A stretch of DNA of 64,000 nucleotides from an uncultured Bacilli bacterium (GCA_947632395.1 CANRPA010000001.1:23922-87921); one strand, 5' to 3'; positions 1 to 10,899 are shown, counted from the first letter of the stretch. Numbers and translations are program-made. Notes: generated by a model from the sequence alone, not told the origin.

Positions 1-85
1 TTTTTAAGTTGATAAACATTAATTTGTTTATCAATTTTTAACTATTTTGTTAATTAATTATTGACAAGCAAATATATTTAATGCT

Positions 86-2005
86 ATGATAAAATTAATT
101 TTTATTGGAGGAATGATGATGAATAAAGACGAAATTGAAATTTTAAAAAGACAAGTAAATGATTTACAAACAATTACAGAAATTGAGAAAAAACAAATTT
201 TAAAAAAAATTAATGATGGACAATACTATGATTTTAATACAGGATATGCAACAATAGATAAACCATGGCAAAAATTCTTTAAAATGGATAAATTTTATAA
301 TATTAATAATGATATGACAATTTATGAAGATATATTGAAAAGTAATGAAAATTATTTGGATACATTAGCGTTGGTTTACTTTGGGGGTAAAGTAAATTAT
401 CGAGAACTCTTTAAAAACATAGATAAAACTGCACAATCTTTAGCAGAATATGGGATAAAAAAGGGCGATTTTGTAACTATATGTTGCGCAGGAATTCCAG
501 AAGTTATTTATACAGTCTATGCTTTGGCAAAAATAGGGGCTGTTGCTAATTTAATGGCACCATATTTTGATCATAGTCAGATGTCAGATAGGATTAATGA
601 TTGTGAAAGTAAAACTTTGATTGTTATGGATAGTTTTTATCCACAGATAAGTGATGCAATAAAAAATTCAAGTATTGAAAATATTATAGTAATACCAACT
701 TTAAATTCAAGCCCACTTAGATTTTTACCTAGTAAAGAAAAAATTAAATTAAATTACATTAATGAGCTATGGTGGAACCAATTTATTAAAGATGGAAAAA
801 ATCAAAAAGTACCTCAAACATTCAAATACGAGAAAGATTACCCATTATGCATGGTTTATTCATCTGGAACTACAGGGGCATCTAAGGCAATTGTTTTATC
901 TCATGATAGTTTTCAATATTCTGTATTATCTTATGATGCTAATACAGTTGAGATTAATAGAGGTGAAAAGATGTATCAGATAATTCCACCTTGGTATTCA
1001 ACTGGTTTAAATACATCAATTCATTTACCTTTACATAAAGGTGTTGTTATTTTTCAAGATCCAAGATTTGAAAGAGAAATTTTTGTTAAAAATGTAATTA
1101 AACAAAAAATAGATTATGCAGTTGCTCCAACTAGCATGTATGAAGGATTTTTAGATGAAAAATTAATTAAAGGGAAAAAATTAACTAATTTTGCTAATCC
1201 ATTTGAAGGTGGAGAACCATTATCTAAGGAAGTAAAGAATAAGATAGAAAATAATTTAAAAAAACTTGGATGTGAAACTACAATAAGAGTTGGTTATGGA
1301 CAATGTGAATGTGGAGCACAAGCTACAAGTCAATCTCAACATATTAATCATCCAGATGGTTCGGTTGGAATACCAATTCCAGGGGTTACGATAGGTATAT
1401 ATGATGATCAATTTAATGAACTAAAATACAATGAAAGAGGTAATATATTAATAAATACTCCTTGTGGAATGCTTGGATATTATAATAAACCAGATGCAAC
1501 TAATGAATATTTCCATTATGATAAATATGGTCATAGGTGGAATTGTACTGGTGATATTGGTTATTTAGCAGAAAATGGTGACTTATTTATTGAGGGAAGA
1601 AAAGAAGATTACACTTATGTTGGTGACAAAAAAATATTTAATTTTGATATTGAAAATGCAGTTAGAGCAGAGAAAGATATAAAAAATTGTGATTGTATTG
1701 GTAAACCTAATGGTGATGGAACAAAGAGTTTAGCGTTGCATTTAATATTAAATGATACATATGCTGAATTATATAATTCAAATTCAGAAAAATTAAATAG
1801 TAGATTAAAAGAATTTCAAACTATTATTTTTGATAAATATAATGATATAGATATGGTACCTGAATACTTTAAAATTAGAGCTTCCTTTCCATATAAACCA
1901 TCTGGAAAAAGGGATGTTGAATCACTTGGTTTAGAAGTAGATAACTTTATATTTGTTGATAAATCTCATTTAAAACAAAAAATATTGTCAAAAAAGAAAA
2001 ATTAA
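86..2005 (+). CDS. AMP-dependent synthetase/ligase (acyl-CoA synthetase-like adenylate-forming enzyme)
   Basis: 639-aa ORF containing the AMP-binding signature YSSGTTGASKAIVLSHDSF and a C-terminal lysine-bearing ligase domain. The true start is probably the MMMNKDE triple-ATG near 113-119, which follows a GGAGG ribosome-binding site. Confidence 0.75.
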   Translation: MIKLIFIGGMMMNKDEIEILKRQVNDLQTITEIEKKQILKKINDGQYYDFNTGYATIDKPWQKFFKMDKFYNINNDMTIYEDILKSNENYLDTLALVYFGGKVNYRELFKNIDKTAQSLAEYGIKKGDFVTICCAGIPEVIYTVYALAKIGAVANLMAPYFDHSQMSDRINDCESKTLIVMDSFYPQISDAIKNSSIENIIVIPTLNSSPLRFLPSKEKIKLNYINELWWNQFIKDGKNQKVPQTFKYEKDYPLCMVYSSGTTGASKAIVLSHDSFQYSVLSYDANTVEINRGEKMYQIIPPWYSTGLNTSIHLPLHKGVVIFQDPRFEREIFVKNVIKQKIDYAVAPTSMYEGFLDEKLIKGKKLTNFANPFEGGEPLSKEVKNKIENNLKKLGCETTIRVGYGQCECGAQATSQSQHINHPDGSVGIPIPGVTIGIYDDQFNELKYNERGNILINTPCGMLGYYNKPDATNEYFHYDKYGHRWNCTGDIGYLAENGDLFIEGRKEDYTYVGDKKIFNFDIENAVRAEKDIKNCDCIGKPNGDGTKSLALHLILNDTYAELYNSNSEKLNSRLKEFQTIIFDKYNDIDMVPEYFKIRASFPYKPSGKRDVESLGLEVDNFIFVDKSHLKQKILSKKKN

Positions 2006-2040
2006 TTTTTCTTTTTTTATGTTTCATGCTATAATTATTT

Positions 2041-4299
2041 ATGGTAGAGGAAGTTGATAGTATGGTTATAACAAAAATTACATTTACAGTTATTGTATGT
2101 TTAATAAATATGATAGGTATTTCGATAATTTATTTTTCAAAAGATAGAATAAAAAATGAAGAAAATAAAATATATAAAATACTTTTAATTGCAAACATTA
2201 TTGGATTAGTTTTACATTTGTTTGCTGATTATGTTTCATATAATTATAATTTGATTTCAAATGTTATTTCTACAATAATTTTAAAAAGTTATCTAATATA
2301 TTATTTTTCATTTGCTGTTTTATTACTTGCATATCTATTTGTGATTGCAAAATTTAAAATGAAAAAATTATTTATAAATATATTAAAGGTAATAATGTTA
2401 TTGGTTTCAATTTTAGTTTTTATATTACCACAGCATTTATATATTGATGTTTCAAATATGATTTTTTATACTGATGGTCTTGATGTCCAAACTATATATT
2501 TATTATCTGGAGTTTTAATTATTATCATAATGTTAATTTTAGTGTTTAGGATAAAACAGATGACAAAGAAAAAGACTATTCCATTATTCATTTTCATGAT
2601 AGGTGGAATTATATCAATATATATACAAAAATCAATGCCAGAAATTGTATTGATAGATTGTATTGAATCAATCATTTGTTGTATGATGTATTTTACAATC
2701 GAAAACCCAGATGTGAAAATGATAAATGCACTAGAACTTGCTAAAGATCAAGCAGAAAAAGCAAATCATGCTAAAACAGATTTTTTAAGTAGTATGTCAC
2801 ATGAAATTAGAACTCCTTTAAATGCAATAGTAGGATTTAGTGAATGTATTGATACTGCAGAAACTTTAGAAGAAGCAAAAGAAGATGCTAAAGATATAAT
2901 AATGGCTTCAAAAAATTTACTTGAAATAGTAAATGGAATACTTGACATAAGTAAAATAGAAGCAGATAAAATGGAGATAGTCAACACTGAATATAATTTA
3001 AAACCAATACTTGAAAATTTAACTAAATTAATTATACCTAGAATAGGAGAAAAACCAATTGAACTAAAGACATATTTTGCTCAAGATATACCAGACACTC
3101 TTTATGGTGATAGTGGTAAGATTAAACAAATAATAACAAATATATTAACTAATGCTGCTAAATATACAGAAAAAGGTGAAATAGATTTTAAAGTTAATTG
3201 TGTAAATAACAATAATCAATGTAGTTTAGTAATATCAGTGCATGATACTGGTAGAGGAATAAAAACAGAACAGATAGATAAATTATTTACTAAATTTCAA
3301 AGACTTGATGAAGATAGAAACACAACAGTAGAAGGAACAGGATTAGGACTTGCCATTACAAAAAGATTAGTTGAAATGATGGGTGGTAAGATAGTAGTCC
3401 AAAGTGAATATGGTGAGGGTTCAACATTTACAATATATATTAAACAAGAAATAAGAAATAGTTCAAAAAAAGTTGAATTAGAAAATAAAAATATTACAAT
3501 GGATTTTACAGGAAAAAAGGTACTTGTAGTAGATGATAATGTATTAAATCTTAAAGTAGCAACTAAAATACTTAAAGAATATAATCTAGATATTACTTGT
3601 GTAAATAGTGGATATGAATGTATAGATAAAATAAAAAGTAATGAGAAATATGATATAATACTAATGGATATTATGATGCCAAAAATGGGTGGAGTAGAAA
3701 CACTTAAAATCTTAAAAGAAATACCAAACTTTAATATTCCAACAGTCGCACTTACTGCGGATGCTATACAAGGAAAGGCAAATAAATATTTAGATATAGG
3801 ATTTTGTGATTATCTATCAAAACCAATAGAACATAATGAATTATCTAGAGTTTTATCAACATATTTAAATGGAAATATAATTGATAAGAAAGATGATACT
3901 AAAGAGGAATTGAGTGAAATGAAACAAACTAAAGATATAAATTATTTGAAAAATAATAATATTGATGTAGATGCTAGTATAGAACTTTTAGGTGATTTAG
4001 AAATGTATAATGAAACACTTGAAGATTTTATAAAAGAATCAGTAACTAGACTACCTAAAATGAAAGAATTTATGGATAATAGCGATTGTGAAAATTATGC
4101 TATACTCGCACATGCGATGAAAAGTGATAGTAAATATTTAGGTTTTAAAAAACTAGCTGAATTATCTTTAAATCATGAATTAAAAGGTAAAGAAAATAAT
4201 ATTAATTATATTAGAGAAAATTACAATGAACTTATGGATGAAGCAAATAAAATAATTAATATTGTTAAAACTTATTTAGGAGGAGATAATAATGAATAG
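2041..4299 (+). CDS. hybrid sensor histidine kinase (multi-TM sensor, HisKA, HATPase, REC, Hpt)
   Basis: 752-aa ORF with an N-terminal polytopic membrane region. It carries an H-box (SHEIRTPLNAI), a G-box (GTGLGLAI), a receiver with conserved aspartates (VLVVDDN, ILMDIMMP) and a C-terminal Hpt-like HAMKSDSKYLG motif. A tgcTATAAT extended -10 lies at about 2020-2028. Confidence 0.8.
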   Translation: MVEEVDSMVITKITFTVIVCLINMIGISIIYFSKDRIKNEENKIYKILLIANIIGLVLHLFADYVSYNYNLISNVISTIILKSYLIYYFSFAVLLLAYLFVIAKFKMKKLFINILKVIMLLVSILVFILPQHLYIDVSNMIFYTDGLDVQTIYLLSGVLIIIIMLILVFRIKQMTKKKTIPLFIFMIGGIISIYIQKSMPEIVLIDCIESIICCMMYFTIENPDVKMINALELAKDQAEKANHAKTDFLSSMSHEIRTPLNAIVGFSECIDTAETLEEAKEDAKDIIMASKNLLEIVNGILDISKIEADKMEIVNTEYNLKPILENLTKLIIPRIGEKPIELKTYFAQDIPDTLYGDSGKIKQIITNILTNAAKYTEKGEIDFKVNCVNNNNQCSLVISVHDTGRGIKTEQIDKLFTKFQRLDEDRNTTVEGTGLGLAITKRLVEMMGGKIVVQSEYGEGSTFTIYIKQEIRNSSKKVELENKNITMDFTGKKVLVVDDNVLNLKVATKILKEYNLDITCVNSGYECIDKIKSNEKYDIILMDIMMPKMGGVETLKILKEIPNFNIPTVALTADAIQGKANKYLDIGFCDYLSKPIEHNELSRVLSTYLNGNIIDKKDDTKEELSEMKQTKDINYLKNNNIDVDASIELLGDLEMYNETLEDFIKESVTRLPKMKEFMDNSDCENYAILAHAMKSDSKYLGFKKLAELSLNHELKGKENNINYIRENYNELMDEANKIINIVKTYLGGDNNE

Positions 4300-4669
4300 G
4301 GCAGTAATAGTAGCAGATGATTCTATGATAATAAGAAATATTGTAACTAAAGCACTTGAAGGAGAATATATAGTTCTTCCAGCACAAAATGGAAAGGAAG
4401 CAATAGATTATATAATAAAAAAAGAATATAATATTTGTTGCATGTTACTTGATTTAAATATGCCAGAATATGACGGATTTATGGTACTTAATTATTTTAA
4501 AAATAATAATTTATTTAATAGAATACCAGTTTCAATAATATCAGGTGATGATACAAAAGAAACAATAGAAAGAGCATTTTCATATGGAATAGTTGATCTA
4601 TTAAATAAACCATTTTCAAGTGATAAAATAAAAAATGTAGTACAAAAAATGATAAACATAAATAGTTAA
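4292..4669 (+). CDS. single-domain response regulator receiver (CheY-like)
   Basis: 125-aa ORF overlapping the kinase stop codon. It has the receiver fold motifs (IVADDS, LLDLNMP, conserved K) and no output domain. Confidence 0.75.
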   Translation: MNRAVIVADDSMIIRNIVTKALEGEYIVLPAQNGKEAIDYIIKKEYNICCMLLDLNMPEYDGFMVLNYFKNNNLFNRIPVSIISGDDTKETIERAFSYGIVDLLNKPFSSDKIKNVVQKMININS

Positions 4670-4670
4670 T

Positions 4671-4697
4671 ACTTTACCTTAGGGTAAAGTTTTTAAT
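4671..4697 (+). terminator. rho-independent terminator after the receiver gene
   Basis: Perfect 8-bp stem ACTTTACC / GGTAAAGT with a TTAG loop, followed by a T-run (TTTTAATTT). Confidence 0.6.
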
Positions 4698-4768
4698 TTG
4701 TACATCATTAATAAAACTATATTGTTTAAAATATACAAATATGTTATCATATTTATGGAAGTGATTAC

Positions 4769-6193
4769 ATGAATTTACCAGATTTAAAAGAAGCAAAGAT
4801 AAGAACTAATAAAAAATCTAGAATAATAAAAGATGATTATAAAGTACCAAATGAAATGAAGAATATTGGTAAAAATAAAAAATATTATATAAAGACTTAT
4901 GGATGTCAAATGAATGTACACGATAGTGAAAATATAAGTGCTATATTAGAAGATATGGGTTATGTTAAAACGGAAGATTTGAAAGATGCAGACATAATAT
5001 TACTTAATACTTGTGCGATAAGAGAAAATGCTCATAATAAAATGTTTGGTTTTTTAGGGAGAGTAAAACATTTAAAAGAAACTAAAAAAGATATAATTTG
5101 TGGTATATGTGGATGTATGGCACAAGAAGAAAATGTAGTTGAGTCTATAAAAAATAAATACAAATGGGTAGATATAGTATTTGGAACACATAATTTACAC
5201 AAACTTCCTAATATATTAAAGGAATCTATTGATAAGCAAAAACAAGAGATAGATGTAGTTAGTATAGAAGGAGACATTTATGAAAATATACCTGTAAAAA
5301 GAGATTCAAAATATAAAGCCTGGGTTAATATAATGCTTGGATGTGATAAATTTTGTACATATTGTATAGTTCCATATACAAGAGGAAAACAAAGAAGTAG
5401 AATGCCTATTGATATAATAAATGAAGTTAAAGATTTAGTAAAAGATAATTATAAAGAAGTAACTCTTTTGGGTCAAAATGTAAATGCATATGGTAAAGAT
5501 TTAAATATTGATTATACTATGGGTGATTTACTAGAAGACGTTGCTAAAACAGGGATAGATAGAATTCGTTTTGTAACAAGTCATCCTTGGGATTTCGATG
5601 ACAAAATGATTGAAATAATTGCAAAATACGATAATATTATGCCATATATACATTTACCACTTCAATCAGGATCAGATAGAATTTTAAAATTAATGGGTAG
5701 AAGATATACAAAAGAAAAATATATAAATTTATTTAATAAAATAAAAGAATATATACCTAATGCAGCAATTACTACAGATATAATAGTTGCCTTTCCAGGT
5801 GAGACAGAAGATGATTTTAAAGATACATTAGATGTCGTTAAAACTTGTAAATTTGATTCAGCATTTACATTTATTTATTCACCACGTGAAGGAACTCCTG
5901 CTGCTCGTATGGAAAATACTTTAACAGAAGAAGAAAAAAATAATAGATTATATGAATTAAATGAACTTGTAAACAAATATGCTAATGAAGCAAATCAAAA
6001 ATATTTGAACAAAATTGTACCAGTATTACTCGAAGACATAAGTGAAAAAGAAGGTAATCTTATGGGATATACAGATACTATGAAACTTGTCAATGTAGAG
6101 GCACCTAAATCATATTTAGGTAAAATAGTAAATGTAAAAATAACAGATATAAAAACTTGGAGTTTAGATGGTGAGTTAGTAGAAAAAAATTAA
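4769..6193 (+). CDS. miaB: tRNA-i6A37 methylthiotransferase MiaB (radical SAM MTTase)
   Basis: MTTase N-domain (YIKTYGCQMN), radical-SAM CxxxCxxC (CDKFCTYCIVPY) and a TRAM-like C-terminus. The start is probably internal, at MKNIGKNKKYY. Confidence 0.85.
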   Translation: MNLPDLKEAKIRTNKKSRIIKDDYKVPNEMKNIGKNKKYYIKTYGCQMNVHDSENISAILEDMGYVKTEDLKDADIILLNTCAIRENAHNKMFGFLGRVKHLKETKKDIICGICGCMAQEENVVESIKNKYKWVDIVFGTHNLHKLPNILKESIDKQKQEIDVVSIEGDIYENIPVKRDSKYKAWVNIMLGCDKFCTYCIVPYTRGKQRSRMPIDIINEVKDLVKDNYKEVTLLGQNVNAYGKDLNIDYTMGDLLEDVAKTGIDRIRFVTSHPWDFDDKMIEIIAKYDNIMPYIHLPLQSGSDRILKLMGRRYTKEKYINLFNKIKEYIPNAAITTDIIVAFPGETEDDFKDTLDVVKTCKFDSAFTFIYSPREGTPAARMENTLTEEEKNNRLYELNELVNKYANEANQKYLNKIVPVLLEDISEKEGNLMGYTDTMKLVNVEAPKSYLGKIVNVKITDIKTWSLDGELVEKN

Positions 6194-6298
6194 AAAATTT
6201 TACTTGTTACAATAAAAAAACTTTACAAAAAAATTATAAATTGATATACTTATAATGTATTCCGATTAAGGATAAAAAGGTTAGAAGGGAAGGTAAAT

Positions 6299-6838
6299 AT
6301 GGAACTTAAAGGAAGTAAAACAGAACAAAATTTAATGGCTGCATTTGCAGGAGAAAGTCAAGCTAGAAATAAGTATACTTATTTTGCTAGCAAAGCTAAA
6401 AAAGAGGGCTATGAACAAATTGCTGCTATATTTGAAGAAACAGCAAATAATGAAAAAGAACATGCTAAACTTTGGTTTAAACTACTTGAAGGTGGTGAAA
6501 TTAAAACAACTGCTGAAAATTTAAAAGCTGCTGCTGAAGGTGAAAACTATGAATGGACAGATATGTATGATGGATTTGCTAAAACAGCTAAACAAGAAGG
6601 TTTTGATCATATAGCATTCCTTTTTGAAGGTGTAGCTAAGATTGAAAAAGAACATGAAGAAAGATATAGAAAATTACTTAACAACATTGAGGATAAATTA
6701 GTATTTTCAAGTGAAGGAGACGCAATTTGGGTATGTCGCAACTGTGGACATATAGTAGTTGGTAAAGAAGCACCTCTTGTTTGCCCTATATGTTCTCATA
6801 AGCAAAGTTTCTTTGAAAGAAAAGCTGATAATTATTAA
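6299..6838 (+). CDS. rbr: rubrerythrin
   Basis: Ferritin-like di-iron ExxH motifs (EKEH appears twice) and a C-terminal rubredoxin-like CRNCG...CPIC domain. Confidence 0.85.
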   Translation: MELKGSKTEQNLMAAFAGESQARNKYTYFASKAKKEGYEQIAAIFEETANNEKEHAKLWFKLLEGGEIKTTAENLKAAAEGENYEWTDMYDGFAKTAKQEGFDHIAFLFEGVAKIEKEHEERYRKLLNNIEDKLVFSSEGDAIWVCRNCGHIVVGKEAPLVCPICSHKQSFFERKADNY

Positions 6839-6862
6839 AAAATCCACTTTTGGATTTTTTTT
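6837..6862 (+). terminator. rho-independent terminator after rbr
   Basis: Hairpin AAATCCA-CTTT-TGGATTT followed by a T-run. Confidence 0.55.
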
Positions 6863-6897
6863 CTTTTATATAATTTAATTTAATGATATAATATTCC

Positions 6898-7404
6898 ATG
6901 GGTGATTCGATGGTTGTTAAAGGTTATAAATGTTTCAATAAAGATTTTACTAATAGATATGGAATAAAATTTGAAGTTGGAAAAATATATATTTCTATTA
7001 GTCCAGCAATATTTGGAATTAATAGTAAAAGATTTCATTTATGTAAAAATCTTGAAGATACATTTAGATATTTTGATGCAATTAGCGATGATATAAAAAT
7101 ATGCGAAGTAATGGGTAGTGGGCATATAGTAACATATGCAGATGAATATTACGGCTATTATGATATGTATGCTGTTGAAAAACTTGAAATAAAAAAAGAA
7201 CTAACTCATGATGAAATAATTAACTATGGACTAAATTTAAATAGTATAAGTGTTAAAAGATTTATACAAGGATTTAAACTTACAGACGAAGAAATATTTA
7301 TGTTTAAAGAAAAATTTAAAAATGAGCAATCAGTTCTTGATACAATCGCATACTATAAAGAAAATGATAAAGATATATATAAAAGATATGTAAAAGACAG
7401 GTGA
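6898..7404 (+). CDS. hypothetical protein with a conserved KGYKCFNKDF...GIKFEVGKIY...HLCKN N-terminal motif (unknown family)
   Basis: 168-aa ORF. The N-terminal motif resembles a recurring Firmicutes domain of unknown function (KGFKxFxKDxTCRGFQYExGKxY...FHxC). I recognise no catalytic motif. Confidence 0.4.
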   Translation: MGDSMVVKGYKCFNKDFTNRYGIKFEVGKIYISISPAIFGINSKRFHLCKNLEDTFRYFDAISDDIKICEVMGSGHIVTYADEYYGYYDMYAVEKLEIKKELTHDEIINYGLNLNSISVKRFIQGFKLTDEEIFMFKEKFKNEQSVLDTIAYYKENDKDIYKRYVKDR

Positions 7405-7408
7405 AATT

Positions 7409-10213
7409 ATGGATAAAATAATAATAAAAGGAGCAAGAGAAAATAATTTAAAAAATGTTAATTTAGAATTACCAAAAAACAAATTAATAGTAATGACAGG
7501 AGTAAGTGGAAGTGGTAAAAGTTCTTTAGCTTTTGATACTATTTATGCTGAAGGTCAAAGAAGATATGTTGAAAGTTTAAGTGCTTATGCAAGACAATTT
7601 TTAGGTGGTACAAATAAACCAGATGTTGATAGTATAGAAGGACTTTCACCAAGTATTAGTATAGATCAAAAAACAACAAATAATAATCCAAGAAGTACAG
7701 TAGGTACAGTAACAGAAATTTATGATTATTTAAGACTACTTTATGCAAGAATAGGTGTACCATATTGTCCAAATCATAATATACCAATATCAAGTCAAAG
7801 TATAGAAGAAATGACAAACCAAATATTAGGATTAAATGAATCAACTAAAATTAGGGTTTTAGCTCCTATAGTTCATGGTGAAAAAGGTACTCATAAAGAT
7901 TTAATAGAGGACTTAAAAAAAGATGGATATACTAGAGTGATAATAGATGATAATGAATATGAATTATCTGATGAAATAAGTCTTGAAAAAACAAAAAAAC
8001 ATAATATAGAAGTTGTAATAGACAGACTTATAATTAAAGAAGATATAAGGAGTAGGCTTAGTGAAGCAATTGAACTTTCATGTAAACTTGCAAATGGAAA
8101 ATGTGTCATAGATGTAGTTGGTGGAGAAAAAATAATTATGAGTGAGAAATATGCTTGTCCACAGTGTGATTTTTCTCTTCCAGAATTAGAACCTAGATTA
8201 TTTAGTTTTAATGCACCATATGGAGCATGTCCAGAGTGTAATGGCCTAGGATTTAAACAAAAAATAGATGAAGATTTAATAATGCCAGATAAAACCAAAA
8301 GTATATTAGATGGAGGTATAGTTGCACTTAATATGGATGCATCTATATCAAATACTCAGATAGTGACACTCGCTAAACATTATAATATTGATTTAAGTAA
8401 ACCTATAAAAGATTTAAAAAAGGATGAACTAAATTTAATATTATATGGATCAGATGAACCACTTGAATTTAATTATACATCAAATAATGGTAATACTAGA
8501 AAAACAACTGATTATTTTGAAGGAATAATAAACAATTTAGAAAGAAGATATATTGAGACCAAAAGTGGTTGGATTAGAGAATGGTTAGATAAGTTTATGA
8601 TGGAACTTCCTTGTACTACTTGTGGTGGTTCTAGATTAAATGAATCTGTATTGTCAGTTAAAATAAATAAAAAAAATATATATGAAATGACTTGTTTGTC
8701 AATAGAAGATTTATATGATTTTTTAAATAATTTAAAATTAAATAAAGAACAAGAAAAAATTTCTGAATTGATATTAAAAGAAATAAAAGATAGACTTAAG
8801 TTTTTAATAAATGTAGGACTTGGTTATTTAACTTTAAATAGAATGGCAGGAACATTATCAGGTGGTGAAGCTGGAAGAATACGTTTAGCAACACAAATAG
8901 GTTCAAGACTTACAGGAGTTTTGTATGTACTTGATGAACCAAGTATAGGACTACATCAAAGAGATAACACTCGTCTTATAAACTCACTTCTTGAAATGCG
9001 TGATTTAGGAAATACATTAGTTGTAGTAGAGCATGATACAGATACTATGCTTGCTTCAGATTATCTTGTTGACGTAGGACCCCTTGCAGGTATACATGGT
9101 GGTGAGATAGTCGCATCTGGAACACCTGAAGAAGTAATGAAAAATGAAAATAGCCTAACAGGAAAATATTTAAGTGGAAAACTTAAAATAGAAGTACCAA
9201 AAAAAAGACGTAAAGGTAATGGAAAATATATTGAAATAAAAGGCGCTTCAGAACATAATTTAAAAAATATAAATGTCAAAATACCACTTGGCAAATTTGT
9301 ATGTGTAACGGGAGTATCTGGAAGTGGTAAAAGTAGTTTAATAAATGAAATACTTTATAAAGTAGTAGCCGCAAATCTTTATAAAACGAAAGAAAAACCA
9401 GGTAAACATAAAAAGGTACTAGGACTTGAAAATGTCGATAAAGTAATAGATATATCGCAAGCACCTATTGGTAGAACTCCACGTTCTAATCCAGCAACAT
9501 ATGTAGGTGTATTTGATGATATTAGAGATGTTTTTGCGCAAACCAAAGAAGCAAAAATGAGAGGTTATGATAAAGGTAGATTTTCATTTAACATAAAAGG
9601 TGGTAGGTGTGAAGCTTGTTGGGGAGACGGTGTAAAAAAAATAGAAATGCACTTTTTACCAGATGTTTATGTGCCTTGTGAAGTATGTAATGGGACACGT
9701 TATAATAGAGAAACTTTACAAATAAAATATAAAGGTAAAAGTATCTACGATGTACTTGAAATGAATGTAGAAGAAGCATTAGAGTTCTTTAAAAATATCC
9801 CTAAAGTAAGAGATAAATTACAAGTACTTATGGATGTTGGTTTATCATATATGAAACTTGGACAAAGTGCACCAACTCTTTCAGGTGGAGAAGCAGGAAG
9901 AGTTAAACTTGCTAAAGAATTGCAAAAGAAACCTACAGGTAAAAGTTTATTTATATTAGATGAACCAACAACGGGGTTGCACACACATGATATTAAAAAA
10001 TTGCTTGATATATTAAATAGGATAGTTGATAATGGAGATACTGTACTTGTTATAGAACATAACCTTGATGTAATAAAGGTTGCTGATTATATAATAGATT
10101 TAGGCCCTGAAGGTGGTTCTGGTGGAGGAAATATAGTTGCCCTTGGAACTCCAGAGGAAGTATCTAAAGTAAAAAATAGTTATACAGGACAATTTTTGAA
10201 GGGAGTTTTATAA
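7409..10213 (+). CDS. uvrA: excinuclease ABC subunit A
   Basis: 934 aa with two ABC ATPase modules (GVSGSGKSSL appears twice, LSGGE signatures) and zinc-finger CxxC pairs. Confidence 0.95.
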   Translation: MDKIIIKGARENNLKNVNLELPKNKLIVMTGVSGSGKSSLAFDTIYAEGQRRYVESLSAYARQFLGGTNKPDVDSIEGLSPSISIDQKTTNNNPRSTVGTVTEIYDYLRLLYARIGVPYCPNHNIPISSQSIEEMTNQILGLNESTKIRVLAPIVHGEKGTHKDLIEDLKKDGYTRVIIDDNEYELSDEISLEKTKKHNIEVVIDRLIIKEDIRSRLSEAIELSCKLANGKCVIDVVGGEKIIMSEKYACPQCDFSLPELEPRLFSFNAPYGACPECNGLGFKQKIDEDLIMPDKTKSILDGGIVALNMDASISNTQIVTLAKHYNIDLSKPIKDLKKDELNLILYGSDEPLEFNYTSNNGNTRKTTDYFEGIINNLERRYIETKSGWIREWLDKFMMELPCTTCGGSRLNESVLSVKINKKNIYEMTCLSIEDLYDFLNNLKLNKEQEKISELILKEIKDRLKFLINVGLGYLTLNRMAGTLSGGEAGRIRLATQIGSRLTGVLYVLDEPSIGLHQRDNTRLINSLLEMRDLGNTLVVVEHDTDTMLASDYLVDVGPLAGIHGGEIVASGTPEEVMKNENSLTGKYLSGKLKIEVPKKRRKGNGKYIEIKGASEHNLKNINVKIPLGKFVCVTGVSGSGKSSLINEILYKVVAANLYKTKEKPGKHKKVLGLENVDKVIDISQAPIGRTPRSNPATYVGVFDDIRDVFAQTKEAKMRGYDKGRFSFNIKGGRCEACWGDGVKKIEMHFLPDVYVPCEVCNGTRYNRETLQIKYKGKSIYDVLEMNVEEALEFFKNIPKVRDKLQVLMDVGLSYMKLGQSAPTLSGGEAGRVKLAKELQKKPTGKSLFILDEPTTGLHTHDIKKLLDILNRIVDNGDTVLVIEHNLDVIKVADYIIDLGPEGGSGGGNIVALGTPEEVSKVKNSYTGQFLKGVL

Positions 10214-10681
10214 ATGAAAGTAAGTTTTGAATATACAAAAAAAGAATATGAAAAATATTTAATAAGATCAAGAAAAGTAAACAATATAGTGTTATTTATA
10301 ATTGGTATAGCAGTATATTTGTTGTTATCCTATAATAAAATATCTTTAATTTATTTACCTTTGTTTATTATAGTTTGTTTATTTATAATAATTTTAATAA
10401 ATAAATTATATTTAGTATGTTATTTTAAAGTTAATCAAATGTTAAATTATAATACATATGGCAAATATATTTTAGAACTTACACCTAATAAATTTTCACT
10501 TACAGTAAATAACTCAAAAACAGATTATAAATATAATAAAATAAAGAAGATAATAGAAAGAAAAAAATATTTTAAAGTCAAATTTGAGGGATTGAGAGAT
10601 TATTTAGTGTTTGAGAAAATAAAATTTAATGAAGATGATTATAATAAAATAATAAAAATGTTTAAAGAAAAAGTTTTATAG
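10214..10681 (+). CDS. small membrane protein, YcxB-like
   Basis: 155 aa with two TM helices and a lysine-rich C-terminus. The start codon abuts the uvrA stop. Confidence 0.35.
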   Translation: MKVSFEYTKKEYEKYLIRSRKVNNIVLFIIGIAVYLLLSYNKISLIYLPLFIIVCLFIIILINKLYLVCYFKVNQMLNYNTYGKYILELTPNKFSLTVNNSKTDYKYNKIKKIIERKKYFKVKFEGLRDYLVFEKIKFNEDDYNKIIKMFKEKVL

Positions 10682-10899
10682 TTTAACTATAATTCTTTTT
10701 ATTATACATAGTTTTTGTTGTGATAACTACTTATTAATTATAGTCTTTATTTACTAAAAGTCGGTAGTAGTCATCTAAATTTAAGTATGAACTTAAGAAT
10801 TTAAAACTTGTCTTGAATTTTGTTTGTATATACTTATAAAAAACTCTATCTTTTTTTTTATCATTTTGTTATAATTATTATAGTAGAGTGTGATGATAG

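Noticed and set aside
762-983. 73-aa ORF inside the ligase gene (another frame)
   Set aside because: It is nested entirely inside a well-supported 639-aa CDS, has low-complexity AT-driven composition and has no RBS.
7656-9984. Multiple minus-strand ORFs (62-135 aa) antisense to uvrA
   Set aside because: They are antisense shadows within a highly conserved gene. They are Leu/Phe/Ser-rich, as expected from an AT-rich reverse frame.
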